Part shown: positions 16,566 to 26,105 of the stretch, one piece after another
Layout of the letters: every line of letters begins with the position of its first letter
Numbering within the stretch: the first letter of the stretch is position 1
IMG/VR virus record: IMGVR_UViG_3300024181_000003
Span: 1-64,000 of that record
DNA from: a virus
Lineage: Duplodnaviria > Caudoviricetes
Direction: 5' to 3' (one strand)
Length of the DNA stretch: 64,000 bases
The notes under the pieces: model-generated
Told to the model about the DNA's origin: nothing
What the model saw: the letters and a program-made list of their open reading frames with translations, nothing else
Databases searched by the model: none
Position numbers and translations under genes: made by a program

Positions 16566-17237
16566 ATGGGTGTAGACAATAGAATTGAAACAGTAGCAGG
16601 TTTGAAACACGTCGAGGACCCGATCAGAGAGCATCATGATCTCCCTACGACCCGGGCGACCATCCAAGAAATCTTGGCTGGTGGAACACCCAACTGGGTG
16701 AAGTGGCCCGAAGACTATAAAGAGTACGCTCGTGAGGCTTTTGCAGCCGAGAAAGCAATCTCCGATGAGATGGCCGAGCAGTACCAGATCGAAGACCAAG
16801 AGCACCTGACAAACGAGGTAGCTCGCAAGATTAATCCGATGTCCACTGACCAGTTTTTGTACAAACTTCGTCAGGCTGGCATCAAATGCTTCACTGTCTA
16901 CAACGGATTGCCCCAGACCTTGGGTCTATGGTGCATCCCTCCCAAGCGGACCAGCGTTGCCCGGTACATCTGCTACGTGCAGGACCCGGCAATGTACGAG
17001 TGGTCTGTTCTTCGTGTAGACCGTCACGGCATTCCGATCGGTGAGAAGTTCCGTGGATGGCGCACGGTCATTACTGAACTGATCAAGAAAGACATCCTGA
17101 CCGAATATCAGGCACATCAAGTTTTTGGACACGCCTCTCAACACCCATGCTACGCCCGGTACCAACGCACGTTGTGGGAAATCCGCAACGGCAAGAAGTT
17201 CACCGACGTCGCTATTGAAGAGAAGGATGTCCTTTAA
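16566..17237 (+). CDS. hypothetical protein
   Basis: 223-aa ORF with phage codon usage. Confidence 0.65.
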   Translation: MGVDNRIETVAGLKHVEDPIREHHDLPTTRATIQEILAGGTPNWVKWPEDYKEYAREAFAAEKAISDEMAEQYQIEDQEHLTNEVARKINPMSTDQFLYKLRQAGIKCFTVYNGLPQTLGLWCIPPKRTSVARYICYVQDPAMYEWSVLRVDRHGIPIGEKFRGWRTVITELIKKDILTEYQAHQVFGHASQHPCYARYQRTLWEIRNGKKFTDVAIEEKDVL

Positions 17238-17318
17238 AGGCTAGCCGTTGGCCTTAAAAGTTACGGCAACAATACATGACGCACGTCCAACGCTTGGCCG
17301 TGCAAAAGGACAAAATAC

Positions 17319-17966
17319 ATGTCAGACGTAAAGAAGCCGAAGTCGGTCTTCGATCAGCTTGCCGAAGGCACTGTTCCGACCACCGAGGCAGCACTACCAC
17401 CAGCATCACCCGCACCAGTTGCAGCACCGACAGGCGTTGACAGCAACGTCCTAGCTCAGTTGCTCAACTACCTCATCCTCAAAGAGGGTCGTGAGGCAGC
17501 AGCGGCAGAAGAGCAGTTGGTCAGAGAGAAGGCCCGTCAAAAGCAGCGCGACCGCAACGCCAAGGACCAAGACGCAAAGTCCCTTGTCAAGCAGGCACGT
17601 TGTAAGCACTTGAAGGGCGGCAAGAAAGGTCCTAAGACACAGAACAAGGACTACGCCGTTTATCAGCACGTTTTCATCGCATTCACAACGTACATCCGTT
17701 GCCGTATTTGCGGTATGAAGTGGTTCCCGCAAGACACAATCGATTACCTGATGAGAAACGGTAAGAAGATTTCTAACCACACGAAGATCGGTTGGCGCGA
17801 AGCGGTTGCTATGACCGATGCTTCGACCGACACGATGTCGAAGTCGGAAGCAATTCCGAACGCAAATCCGACCGGAGCGGCGCAGTTCACAGACGCATTC
17901 GGTAACACCACCAACAACAGAGTCACCGACCTAGAAGGCAACCTAGTCGATAACGTCGAGTTGTAA
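17319..17966 (+). CDS. hypothetical protein with coiled coil and C/H zinc motif
   Basis: CKH...H...CRICG. Confidence 0.65.
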   Translation: MSDVKKPKSVFDQLAEGTVPTTEAALPPASPAPVAAPTGVDSNVLAQLLNYLILKEGREAAAAEEQLVREKARQKQRDRNAKDQDAKSLVKQARCKHLKGGKKGPKTQNKDYAVYQHVFIAFTTYIRCRICGMKWFPQDTIDYLMRNGKKISNHTKIGWREAVAMTDASTDTMSKSEAIPNANPTGAAQFTDAFGNTTNNRVTDLEGNLVDNVEL

Positions 17967-17975
17967 GGCACATTC

Positions 17976-17995
17976 GGGGGCAGGCAACTGCCCCC
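17976..17995 (+). terminator. GC hairpin after gene (possible terminator or processing site)
   Basis: GGGGGCAG-GCAA-CTGCCCCC; no U tract. Confidence 0.35.
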
Positions 17996-18112
17996 TCTCA
18001 ATTAAAAATGAACTCCGTCTCGAACACACCTACAACACAGCCAATTTCCCACGGCTGCATTTCTCATCACATTATTGCGCTCTTTCAAACTGCGCTACAG
18101 GTGTTTTAATAC

Positions 18113-18931
18113 ATGAGCCTTGTTCTGACTCCTCTCTTTTCGGATGCTTTGACGACAACTGCGAATCCGTTGAACCCGACAAACTGGACCACGGCCACCG
18201 GGGCAACAAATTTGAAAGTTACCGGCGGCAACTGTGAAGGAACATCAGTAGGTGGTTTTAACGCAGAGTACTGGAGCAATGGCGTCTTCCCGAACGACCA
18301 GTACGGCTCTATCAAAATCACTGGCGCAATCCCGCTAGGCTCAGGTAGCACTCTTCTTGTAGGCGCACGCTGCAACGCGGATGCGTCTCAAGGATTCTTT
18401 TTAGAAGCTTTCGACAACGCCAGCACAGCAGGGCATTTGGATTTGGTGATCGCGGACGCGGCAAGCAACACCCTTTTTGACAGCCCGTCTCTTCCTTACT
18501 CTGTCGGAGATGTGTTTACCATTGCGGTTGTGGGCACAACCGTGTATGCGATTCAAAACGGAGTAGTGATCGGCAGCGTGGTCAGCAGCTTGTATTCGTC
18601 TGGTTTTGTCATGCTGGGAACTATACCCTTCTCTGCCCTAACGGATGTCAAGGCCAATAGTTTCGTAGCTGGCAGCGCAGCGGTCGCCGCTCTTGCCTAC
18701 AGCGTACCAGACTGCCGCAACTCTTATTGCGGCTTGGTGCAGACAACCCACGTATACCCGAATGGCAACAGAACCGTTCAGGGCACCGTGATCTACGACG
18801 TCGAGACCAGCAACAACGCAGCTATACCGCCAACAGATTCGCGGACAGCAGGAGCACCAGTAGACAGTCGTACTGCATCGAACAAACCTCAGAACAGCAG
18901 AACGCCCGGAACCTTTGGGCCGGGAGAGTAA
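18113..18931 (+). CDS. beta-sandwich (lectin-like) virion protein with shared C-terminal D[SC]R-repeat tail
   Basis: FPNDQYGSI beta-rich domain; tail ends DSRTAGAPVDSR...NSRTPGTFGPGE. Confidence 0.6.
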   Translation: MSLVLTPLFSDALTTTANPLNPTNWTTATGATNLKVTGGNCEGTSVGGFNAEYWSNGVFPNDQYGSIKITGAIPLGSGSTLLVGARCNADASQGFFLEAFDNASTAGHLDLVIADAASNTLFDSPSLPYSVGDVFTIAVVGTTVYAIQNGVVIGSVVSSLYSSGFVMLGTIPFSALTDVKANSFVAGSAAVAALAYSVPDCRNSYCGLVQTTHVYPNGNRTVQGTVIYDVETSNNAAIPPTDSRTAGAPVDSRTASNKPQNSRTPGTFGPGE

Positions 18932-19828
18932 ATGCCCCTTGTATTTCACACGACTCACACTGATGCGTTGAACGGCCCGGACTCAACTCTAAACACCACC
19001 ACAGGTGATGGAGTGTTGAAGAGCGTCACCTTCGCGGACCAACCGGTTCTACCGTTGGTTGTCAAGAATAACATTCTTACTCCGTCTGACCCGACGCGTT
19101 ATTGGGGCTACGGAACTTTTGTCAACCCATTGCCGGAAACAGGCGGCAGATGGATGGAGTTTGAAATTGGAAAGTTCATGACAGGTAACTGGCCTGCCAT
19201 AACCGACTCCACGATCACATTTTATTTGTACACAGACCCCAACTTCGAGTACCCCACGTCGTACGCAGGATTTGAGGTATATGCCGGGTACTTTGATGTT
19301 AGTCAGCAGATGAACGTGGCCGTGCTCGACAGCACGACCGATACTTACGACGCGAATCCGCCGCCAGATAATCCGCAAGGCTATTACGGCTTCAAGTACT
19401 GGCGTCCATATATGCCGCAACAGGGCGATGTGTGGCGAATGGCCGTGGTTGGAACAACGTGGTGGCTCTTCTTGAACGGCGTTGAGTACGGCACCGGAAG
19501 TTTTGGCGCGGCTGCTCTCGCAGGCAAGGCGGCCAGTATCTGGCTCGGCGAAGACCCTTTGTACGACGCCGGATTGAACGATCTTGGGATTATAAACTTT
19601 AAGGCAGGCACCGTCGAGTTGAGCGCGTATAGCCAGCCTGACAGTCGAGTAAAATCAAATTATCTTCGCGTGTCGCAAGACACGATGATCTACGATGTTC
19701 AGATCAGCAGCAACCCAACAGTTCCGCCAGTGGATAGTCGCACAGCCGGGGCACCACAAGATTGTCGAGTATCGAGTATCGTGCCCGGAAATAGCAGAAC
19801 GCCCGGCACATATGGGCCCGGAGAGTAG
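18932..19828 (+). CDS. second virion protein with the same C-terminal tail
   Basis: Different N-domain; ends DSRTAGAPQDCR...NSRTPGTYGPGE. Confidence 0.6.
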   Translation: MPLVFHTTHTDALNGPDSTLNTTTGDGVLKSVTFADQPVLPLVVKNNILTPSDPTRYWGYGTFVNPLPETGGRWMEFEIGKFMTGNWPAITDSTITFYLYTDPNFEYPTSYAGFEVYAGYFDVSQQMNVAVLDSTTDTYDANPPPDNPQGYYGFKYWRPYMPQQGDVWRMAVVGTTWWLFLNGVEYGTGSFGAAALAGKAASIWLGEDPLYDAGLNDLGIINFKAGTVELSAYSQPDSRVKSNYLRVSQDTMIYDVQISSNPTVPPVDSRTAGAPQDCRVSSIVPGNSRTPGTYGPGE

Positions 19829-19865
19829 AATTTAATTCGCAAGTCAGATAGCAGTGAGGAAGACA

Positions 19866-20588
19866 ATGGCAGTAGACAAACCCGTCGATCTTAATTCGGC
19901 ATTCGGAGCGATAGTCAGAGCGAAAGAGGCTCTTGAGGAACGGCAACAAGACAGCATCCGTGGACCGCAAGGCCCTAGAGGTGAACAGGGACCCCAAGGA
20001 CCACGAGGCGAAAGAGGCCCGATGGGCTTGCGTGGAGAGACCGGACATCAGGGTGAAGAAGGACCGCAAGGACCTCGTGGCGTACAAGGTAAGCAGGGCG
20101 CAACCGGCCCGATGGGTGAAATAGGACCCAAGGGCGATCGTGGACCGAAGGGTGAACAAGGACCAGAGGGTCCTCGTGGCGAAAAAGGCGAGCCGGGTCC
20201 GCAGGGCGAGCGCGGCGAGCGTGGACTGCAAGGCCCGAAAGGCGACAAAGGTCCGCAAGGTTTGACAGGCGAACGCGGCTTCAAAGGTCCGCAGGGCGAT
20301 CGTGGTGAAACCGGACCACGCGGCGAGAAAGGCGAAAAGGGCGACACAGGTCTGACCGGCAACCAAGGCGAGCGTGGTCCTCAGGGCGAGCGTGGTCCGC
20401 AAGGCATGACCGAAGAACAGATTAGACAGGTTGTGATAGCCGCGTTGTCAGACGCAGGTGTTATCACCGAACAAGCCGCGAAGCTTGTAGCGATTCGCGC
20501 AGAATTGAAGAAGATGATAGCGGAGACTGACGCAAGACACATCAGTGAAGTATCGGCTTTGGTGCGTCGAGTGGACAAACTGTTTTAA
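19866..20588 (+). CDS. collagen-like triple-helix protein
   Basis: 50 uninterrupted Gly-X-Y triplets flanked by helical ends. Confidence 0.9.
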   Translation: MAVDKPVDLNSAFGAIVRAKEALEERQQDSIRGPQGPRGEQGPQGPRGERGPMGLRGETGHQGEEGPQGPRGVQGKQGATGPMGEIGPKGDRGPKGEQGPEGPRGEKGEPGPQGERGERGLQGPKGDKGPQGLTGERGFKGPQGDRGETGPRGEKGEKGDTGLTGNQGERGPQGERGPQGMTEEQIRQVVIAALSDAGVITEQAAKLVAIRAELKKMIAETDARHISEVSALVRRVDKLF

Positions 20589-20591
20589 CCT

Positions 20592-22178
20592 ATGAGCAAC
20601 TCACTTGTAAGTCCATCACCGAACCCGGGCATGGTGCTGTGCGGAATTTACAACGCCACACCTCCTGCGCCATCAAACGGTCAAGCACTCGGCTTCCAGA
20701 TGGACAGCCAAGGCAACTTGATGGTCAACGTTGTCGCTGGCGGCGGTGGGGGCGGCGGCAACGTCAATCTAACAGGTATCAACAGCGTAGCACCGTCGGT
20801 CACGAATCCTTTGTTCGTGGAGCTATCGGACGGCTCTGCTGCGTTCGGTACAGCAGGTAATCCGCTGAGTGTCAACGTTCTATCAGGCGGTGGTTCAAAC
20901 GCTTCGGTCGGCCTGACAGGCGCGACCGCACCAACGTCCGCAACGGAAACCGGTGGCATAGATTCGGCGGGTAAGTTACAATCTCCTGCGGTCAATCTTT
21001 TGAGTCGTCAGCCGGTCGATACAGACTTTGCTCTTGAAACGATGTCCATGATTCATGGGCATACGACAGCAGGCGGCGGCAGCTACGTAGACGTAAAGGT
21101 CAATCCTTCCGGTTCACTTTCGACACAGGATGGCGCGGACGGCAGCACAGCTGCTGCGGTTCCTTCTCTTGCTATACAAGTTGGTGGCTCTGACGGCACC
21201 AATTTGCGTGCGCTGGCTACCGGCACAGACGGCGTACTGAAAGAGAATCTTGCACAGGTCGCAGGTGCGACCGTAGCGACAGCGGCGTCTGGTATTCAGA
21301 AAGTCGGTCTAACAGACGGTAGCGGAACGGCGATCACAAGCACAGGCGCGGCTCTCGACGTAAACATCAAGAGCGGTATTTCAAACCCGCTTCCGATTAG
21401 TGGTACGGTCACAACGAACGCAGATACGACAATCGGTGGAACTGTTGCGCCGAGTAAAGAACTTTTGGTTGCAGGAAAAACCAACGACGGTACGCCTCAA
21501 TATCAGCCCATTCCAGAAGGTGCTGGCGGTCGCTCTGTTATTGTTGAAGGAATTGGCGGCGGCACAGCAATTCCAGTCACTGGAACTCTGACTGCCGTAA
21601 CAAGCATCACCAACCAAGTTGACGAGAATTTGAAACAAGTCGGCGGTGCTAACGTATCAACTGCAGCATCCGGCGTTCAGAAGGTCGGCGTCGTAGGCAA
21701 CGCAGGCGCGGCGTTTGACGCACCTGTAACAGGCACGGCCCCGGCCAACGCTGTCTATCAAGGCTTGCGTGCCGCAACCACATATCCGACAGCAGGCACA
21801 GACGGCCAGATGGTCGCCTCGATGTCAGACAAGGCCGGACGTTCGGTTGTGGTAGCGAACGCACCCCGTGATTTGATCGGTACTGCGGTCGTATCTAATA
21901 ACTCTACGGCGTCGGGCGTCAGCTTCATCGGAGCAGGCGCATCTGGTGTGTTCAACGACATCATCACATTTATTGCAACCAACCGCTCCTCGACTGCAAC
22001 AGTTATCACTTTGACTGACGGCACTGCGTCGTACACTTTCGCTATCGCCGGAAATGGCGGTATCGTGATCAATTTCCCAACGCCACTCCCTGCAACATCG
22101 TCTGCCACTGCGTGGACAATTGGTAACTCCGCAACGGTTGCTTGCGACTACATCGCGGTCTACGCGAAGAACAAGTAA
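20592..22178 (+). CDS. Gly/Thr/Ala-rich fiber or decoration protein
   Basis: Repeat NLAQVAGATVATAASGIQKVG / NLKQVGGANVSTAASGVQKVG. Confidence 0.6.
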   Translation: MSNSLVSPSPNPGMVLCGIYNATPPAPSNGQALGFQMDSQGNLMVNVVAGGGGGGGNVNLTGINSVAPSVTNPLFVELSDGSAAFGTAGNPLSVNVLSGGGSNASVGLTGATAPTSATETGGIDSAGKLQSPAVNLLSRQPVDTDFALETMSMIHGHTTAGGGSYVDVKVNPSGSLSTQDGADGSTAAAVPSLAIQVGGSDGTNLRALATGTDGVLKENLAQVAGATVATAASGIQKVGLTDGSGTAITSTGAALDVNIKSGISNPLPISGTVTTNADTTIGGTVAPSKELLVAGKTNDGTPQYQPIPEGAGGRSVIVEGIGGGTAIPVTGTLTAVTSITNQVDENLKQVGGANVSTAASGVQKVGVVGNAGAAFDAPVTGTAPANAVYQGLRAATTYPTAGTDGQMVASMSDKAGRSVVVANAPRDLIGTAVVSNNSTASGVSFIGAGASGVFNDIITFIATNRSSTATVITLTDGTASYTFAIAGNGGIVINFPTPLPATSSATAWTIGNSATVACDYIAVYAKNK

Positions 22179-22187
22179 GGTGCGCTG

Positions 22188-22904
22188 ATGGCACTTGCGC
22201 ACGTTCAAAGCAAAGTTAACAGCAATACAAGCACGACGACGATAGCTGGCGCGTACGCGAGTAACGTCACATCCGGTAACTTATTGGTTGTTCTTTGGGA
22301 AATTCAAGGAACGGCACTGACTCAGCCAACCACTGTGTCTATATCTGACACGATCGGCAATGTGTGGATTCCTGTGTACGGCAGCATTCAAAACGTCACA
22401 GGTGTCACCCCGAAAGTATCCGTCCAAGGTTGGTGTTGTGTGACCAAATCGTCCGGTGCAAACACCGTGACGCTAACGTACAACGCCAGCGGTACTGTCG
22501 GGCTGAGCATGCTATGCACTTCTGAGTTTTCCGGGTGGACCGGCACCACAGCTACGATCGACTCTGGTGTATTCGCAACATCGGCTGGCGGCGCTGCCGG
22601 AACCTATGCGTTCCCGACACTGACGTTCGTAACCAACCACGCTAATGAAGTCATTTTTGCTATTGAAATTGTGAGCGGAACAAACTCAATCACGTCAAGC
22701 ACCTATACAGCGCCATTCACAAAAACGGCAACAGGGACGGCGAACCTTAATTGCGGCTATCATCTGCCGGGTGCAGCAGGCACGTATAATGAAAACGGAA
22801 CTTGGGTTACAGCTGCATCATCCAACGGCATTATCGCTTTTGGAGTTGCGATCGCACAGCCGTCACTGTCAAATGCTTTAATGTTGATGGGTTGCGGGAC
22901 TTAG
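22188..22904 (+). CDS. beta-rich structural protein
   Basis: MALAHVQS...VTSGNLLVV; similar module recurs in the 30101 ORF. Confidence 0.55.
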   Translation: MALAHVQSKVNSNTSTTTIAGAYASNVTSGNLLVVLWEIQGTALTQPTTVSISDTIGNVWIPVYGSIQNVTGVTPKVSVQGWCCVTKSSGANTVTLTYNASGTVGLSMLCTSEFSGWTGTTATIDSGVFATSAGGAAGTYAFPTLTFVTNHANEVIFAIEIVSGTNSITSSTYTAPFTKTATGTANLNCGYHLPGAAGTYNENGTWVTAASSNGIIAFGVAIAQPSLSNALMLMGCGT

Positions 22905-22911
22905 GAGATAT

Positions 22912-23244
22912 ATGGCAAAACAGATCATAATTTTGGGCGTCTCTACGTCGCCTCTTCTTAATAACATCAACTGCGTCTTCTGGTATCCGATCACGTCATC
23001 TGCAAAGGCGGTGTCCGGCATCAGCGCATGGCCCGGCGCATCGGCTGCGGAGAATGCTGCTATTCAGAATGGCTCGGTGTTGGAAGAAACGGGTTCTTTC
23101 CAAATCCCTGTCGGCTTCGGTTCAGTAAACACCAAAGCATTTCTGCTGCAGTACTGGACCAACAGAAACACTCAGTTAAACGGTGTTGGGCCCGGCTTTC
23201 TAGCCAACGTGTTTGACGACTCAATCACCGGCTGGAGTGCTTGA
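22912..23244 (+). CDS. small structural protein
   Basis: AGGAG RBS; tail-module context. Confidence 0.55.
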   Translation: MAKQIIILGVSTSPLLNNINCVFWYPITSSAKAVSGISAWPGASAAENAAIQNGSVLEETGSFQIPVGFGSVNTKAFLLQYWTNRNTQLNGVGPGFLANVFDDSITGWSA

Positions 23245-23837
23245 TGCAAAACTCTTACCGCGTCTCAGTCGCTACTGGAACATTGGCAGCTGCGCTGGCC
23301 GCAGGTGCTCAGGTGTTCCAGTTCAAGTGGACCGATGCGTCTAAATTGGCTGTTATAAACAGAATCAGAACCTATTTCCAGCCATTGACGCCGTTCACTG
23401 CGGCGACACTGACAGATCACACATCGTTTGATGCCTTTGTGGCACGAGCGTACGCAGGCGGTGGCGGCGGAACGGCACTAACCCTAACGGGCAACAACGC
23501 GAAGATGCGTACCAACATGAACACATCGTTGGCAGCGATCAACATCTCAACCACGGCGGCGTTGACCCCGGCAACCACTCTGGACTCTCAGCCGTTCTGC
23601 CAGAGCATTCGCAAAGGTAACCGCGTCAATCCCGCATCGGCAACGGAAGAAACCATTCAGCCGGTCGGGGCCGATATCGATTTTTACGCGGACGGTTTCT
23701 TGGATACGCCTCTCGTGCTGGCTCAAAACGAGGGTTTTGTAATCCGTAATCGTACGGTCTGGCCAGCAGCGGGTACCGGTGTGTTGATCGTGGAAGTTCA
23801 CTGGTCGGAAGTATCGGAATACCCGATAGCATCGTAA
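23244..23837 (+). CDS. structural protein
   Basis: TGATG coupling; beta-rich. Confidence 0.55.
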   Translation: MQNSYRVSVATGTLAAALAAGAQVFQFKWTDASKLAVINRIRTYFQPLTPFTAATLTDHTSFDAFVARAYAGGGGGTALTLTGNNAKMRTNMNTSLAAINISTTAALTPATTLDSQPFCQSIRKGNRVNPASATEETIQPVGADIDFYADGFLDTPLVLAQNEGFVIRNRTVWPAAGTGVLIVEVHWSEVSEYPIAS

Positions 23838-23846
23838 AGAGGAACC

Positions 23847-25160
23847 ATGGCAAACAGCATTTCAGGACAAGCGCTAGCAGGCGCAACGATTACGCTGTCC
23901 GGCGCGGCGTCAGCCACGACGACTGCGAATCCGCTAGGTCAGTACAGCTTTTCAGGTCTGGCCGCAGGCGCGTACGTCGTAACCCCGACAAAGACTGGGA
24001 TTAAGTTCACTCCAACCTCGTCTAACCAGACGATTGTTGCTACCGACATTATCGGCGTAAACTTTCTCGGCCAATCAGTCGGCTCACAAGGCTCGACCTA
24101 CACCATTCAAAACATCATCGATCGCGTACAGAGCTTCGGCGACATCGAACCCGTTCTGAATGTCGGTGGCTTCTCTTTGGAGCCTGCGCTGACAATTGCA
24201 AACGACGTCATGAACGCAATCTGCGCCACTCCGTTCCCGCACAAGTGGAACTCGGTCGGACTGCCTCTGTTCTACACATGGTCTTGGCAGCAAGACTACG
24301 CTCTGGTCAACCCGGACGGCTCTTCGGTCTACAACATCGAATGGCTCGAAGATGGCACGGCTATCAACATCAGCAGCACGTCGATTCCGAAGCCATGGTG
24401 CCGCGTTGAGTGCGGACGCAGCCTGCCGATGCGTACAGGCACGTACTCGATGAACTCAGGCACGATGCTTGGCGACCCTGCGTACTTGGCATCAAGCTTG
24501 CCGAACGATCAGTTGTACTACGGCGTGTGGGGCGATGCTAACAACGGCAACTCTACACTCGGAAATAACCCAGTCGCAGGTTCGGTCTACACCAATCCTT
24601 TGACTGCTGTGAACCAACCAGCTAACCCGATCAACCAGATCGTAGATGCAAACGGAAATCTTCTTGTGCTGACCGGATACGGCACCGAGGGCTCGACGGC
24701 ACCGTTGGCTTCGGTCGGCGCACTGCCCGGCACGACAGTATCAGGCACGGGCGCAAGCACCGTCTGGACCGTCGTAGACCCGATCGGCCTAGGCATTCGC
24801 ATTCTCAACGTTCCGTCGCAGACCGGCGTGACGTGGCAGTTCAATCTGTTCGGCCAGATGCCACCAGTTCGTTTCACGTCGCTCGATCAGTCCTTGGCAC
24901 CGTTGCCGGACAAGTACGAACCGTTCTTCCGTGCAGGCTTTATCGCACAGTGCTATCGCTACTCACCTGAGGCAAAGATTCGTGCTAAGTTCAAAGAAGA
25001 GTGGCCGCTGTGGCTCAAGTCTTTGACCGACATGAGAGTCGCACAAGACCGTGAACTAGAAGAGTACTCATTCATTCCAGACCGTGGTGTCATGGGGTCT
25101 GGTCGCCGTCGCAGCACCTTCCAAGGCGCAGCGTGGCCTTACAATTACCCAAGACCATAA
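23847..25160 (+). CDS. head-tail adaptor-like protein with N-terminal Ig-like (carboxypeptidase-regulatory type) domain
   Basis: GATITLSG..GQYSFSGLAAGAYVVTP; YTIQNII..IANDVM..FPHKWN..APLPDKYEPFF. Confidence 0.6.
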   Translation: MANSISGQALAGATITLSGAASATTTANPLGQYSFSGLAAGAYVVTPTKTGIKFTPTSSNQTIVATDIIGVNFLGQSVGSQGSTYTIQNIIDRVQSFGDIEPVLNVGGFSLEPALTIANDVMNAICATPFPHKWNSVGLPLFYTWSWQQDYALVNPDGSSVYNIEWLEDGTAINISSTSIPKPWCRVECGRSLPMRTGTYSMNSGTMLGDPAYLASSLPNDQLYYGVWGDANNGNSTLGNNPVAGSVYTNPLTAVNQPANPINQIVDANGNLLVLTGYGTEGSTAPLASVGALPGTTVSGTGASTVWTVVDPIGLGIRILNVPSQTGVTWQFNLFGQMPPVRFTSLDQSLAPLPDKYEPFFRAGFIAQCYRYSPEAKIRAKFKEEWPLWLKSLTDMRVAQDRELEEYSFIPDRGVMGSGRRRSTFQGAAWPYNYPRP

Positions 25161-25169
25161 CGGAGCACC

Positions 25170-26102
25170 ATGTCATACACGCTACAACAGTCGATCAACT
25201 GGGCACAGACGTTCATTCAGTATTCTCCTATTACTGCGGGTCTTGGCCAAGAGCCTGCGGTGTCCGTGGCATCCATGATCAGAAGCACAATGCTTGGACC
25301 TCCGCAGACGTGGGACTTCAACCGCGCCGAATACACGTTTCAGACCGTCAAGGGCCAGCAGGACTACACGGTTCTGTTCACGGCTATCCCCGATTTCGGC
25401 TATCTTGAAAAGGCGACCCTGACGGACTCGACCGGCAAGGTATGGGAAATCAAAGACGTTTACAACAGCGACCCGTTGGGTGTGGCATCCGATCAACAGA
25501 GACCAGACGCGATTGGATTCCAGAAGACATCGAGCACTGCGTATACGGTTCGTTTTGTTGGAGCGCCGAACGCGGTATACACCGCGACCCTGATCTATCA
25601 AAAGAAGCCTCAGGCGTTCGGGCCGTTCTTTATTAGCGCCTGCGGAACCGCCGCAGCTGGCAACACGACCTACACCGGTGTATTCGACCCGCTGTCGTTC
25701 CCGGCTGGCGCTACAGCCCAGATCACCGGCTTCGTGACGCATACCGGTAACAACGGCTCGTTCGTTGTTGTTTCATGCACCGCGACATCGTTGGTGCTTG
25801 TCAACGGCGCGGGTGTGGCAGAAACCATATCGGCGTACGCAAACAACTTCGACTGGGCACCAATCCCAGACTGGTTCATCGACATCTACAACAATCTGTT
25901 CTTGAGCGAAATGCTGACTGTTGTCGATGATGCAAAATCGCAGATGTACCGCCAGCGCGGCGTGGCCGCATTCCTGACCAAGTCTCAGGGCTTGACGGAT
26001 ACTCAGAAGAACGCATTCATTCAGCAGTGGCTGGCCCGTGATACCGAACGAATGGTAGGGGCTATGACAACGCAGATTAGCACGCAGGCCAAGGCTATAT
26101 AA
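25170..26102 (+). CDS. second head-tail adaptor-like protein
   Basis: YTLQQSI..WDFNR..GQQDY..APIPDWFIDIY; contains an inserted GF..NNG repeat module. Confidence 0.6.
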   Translation: MSYTLQQSINWAQTFIQYSPITAGLGQEPAVSVASMIRSTMLGPPQTWDFNRAEYTFQTVKGQQDYTVLFTAIPDFGYLEKATLTDSTGKVWEIKDVYNSDPLGVASDQQRPDAIGFQKTSSTAYTVRFVGAPNAVYTATLIYQKKPQAFGPFFISACGTAAAGNTTYTGVFDPLSFPAGATAQITGFVTHTGNNGSFVVVSCTATSLVLVNGAGVAETISAYANNFDWAPIPDWFIDIYNNLFLSEMLTVVDDAKSQMYRQRGVAAFLTKSQGLTDTQKNAFIQQWLARDTERMVGAMTTQISTQAKAI

Positions 26103-26105
26103 AAC

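Noticed and set aside
18113-19828. Diversity-generating retroelement TR/VR pair
   Set aside because: No reverse transcriptase in the window; differences are not adenine-specific.
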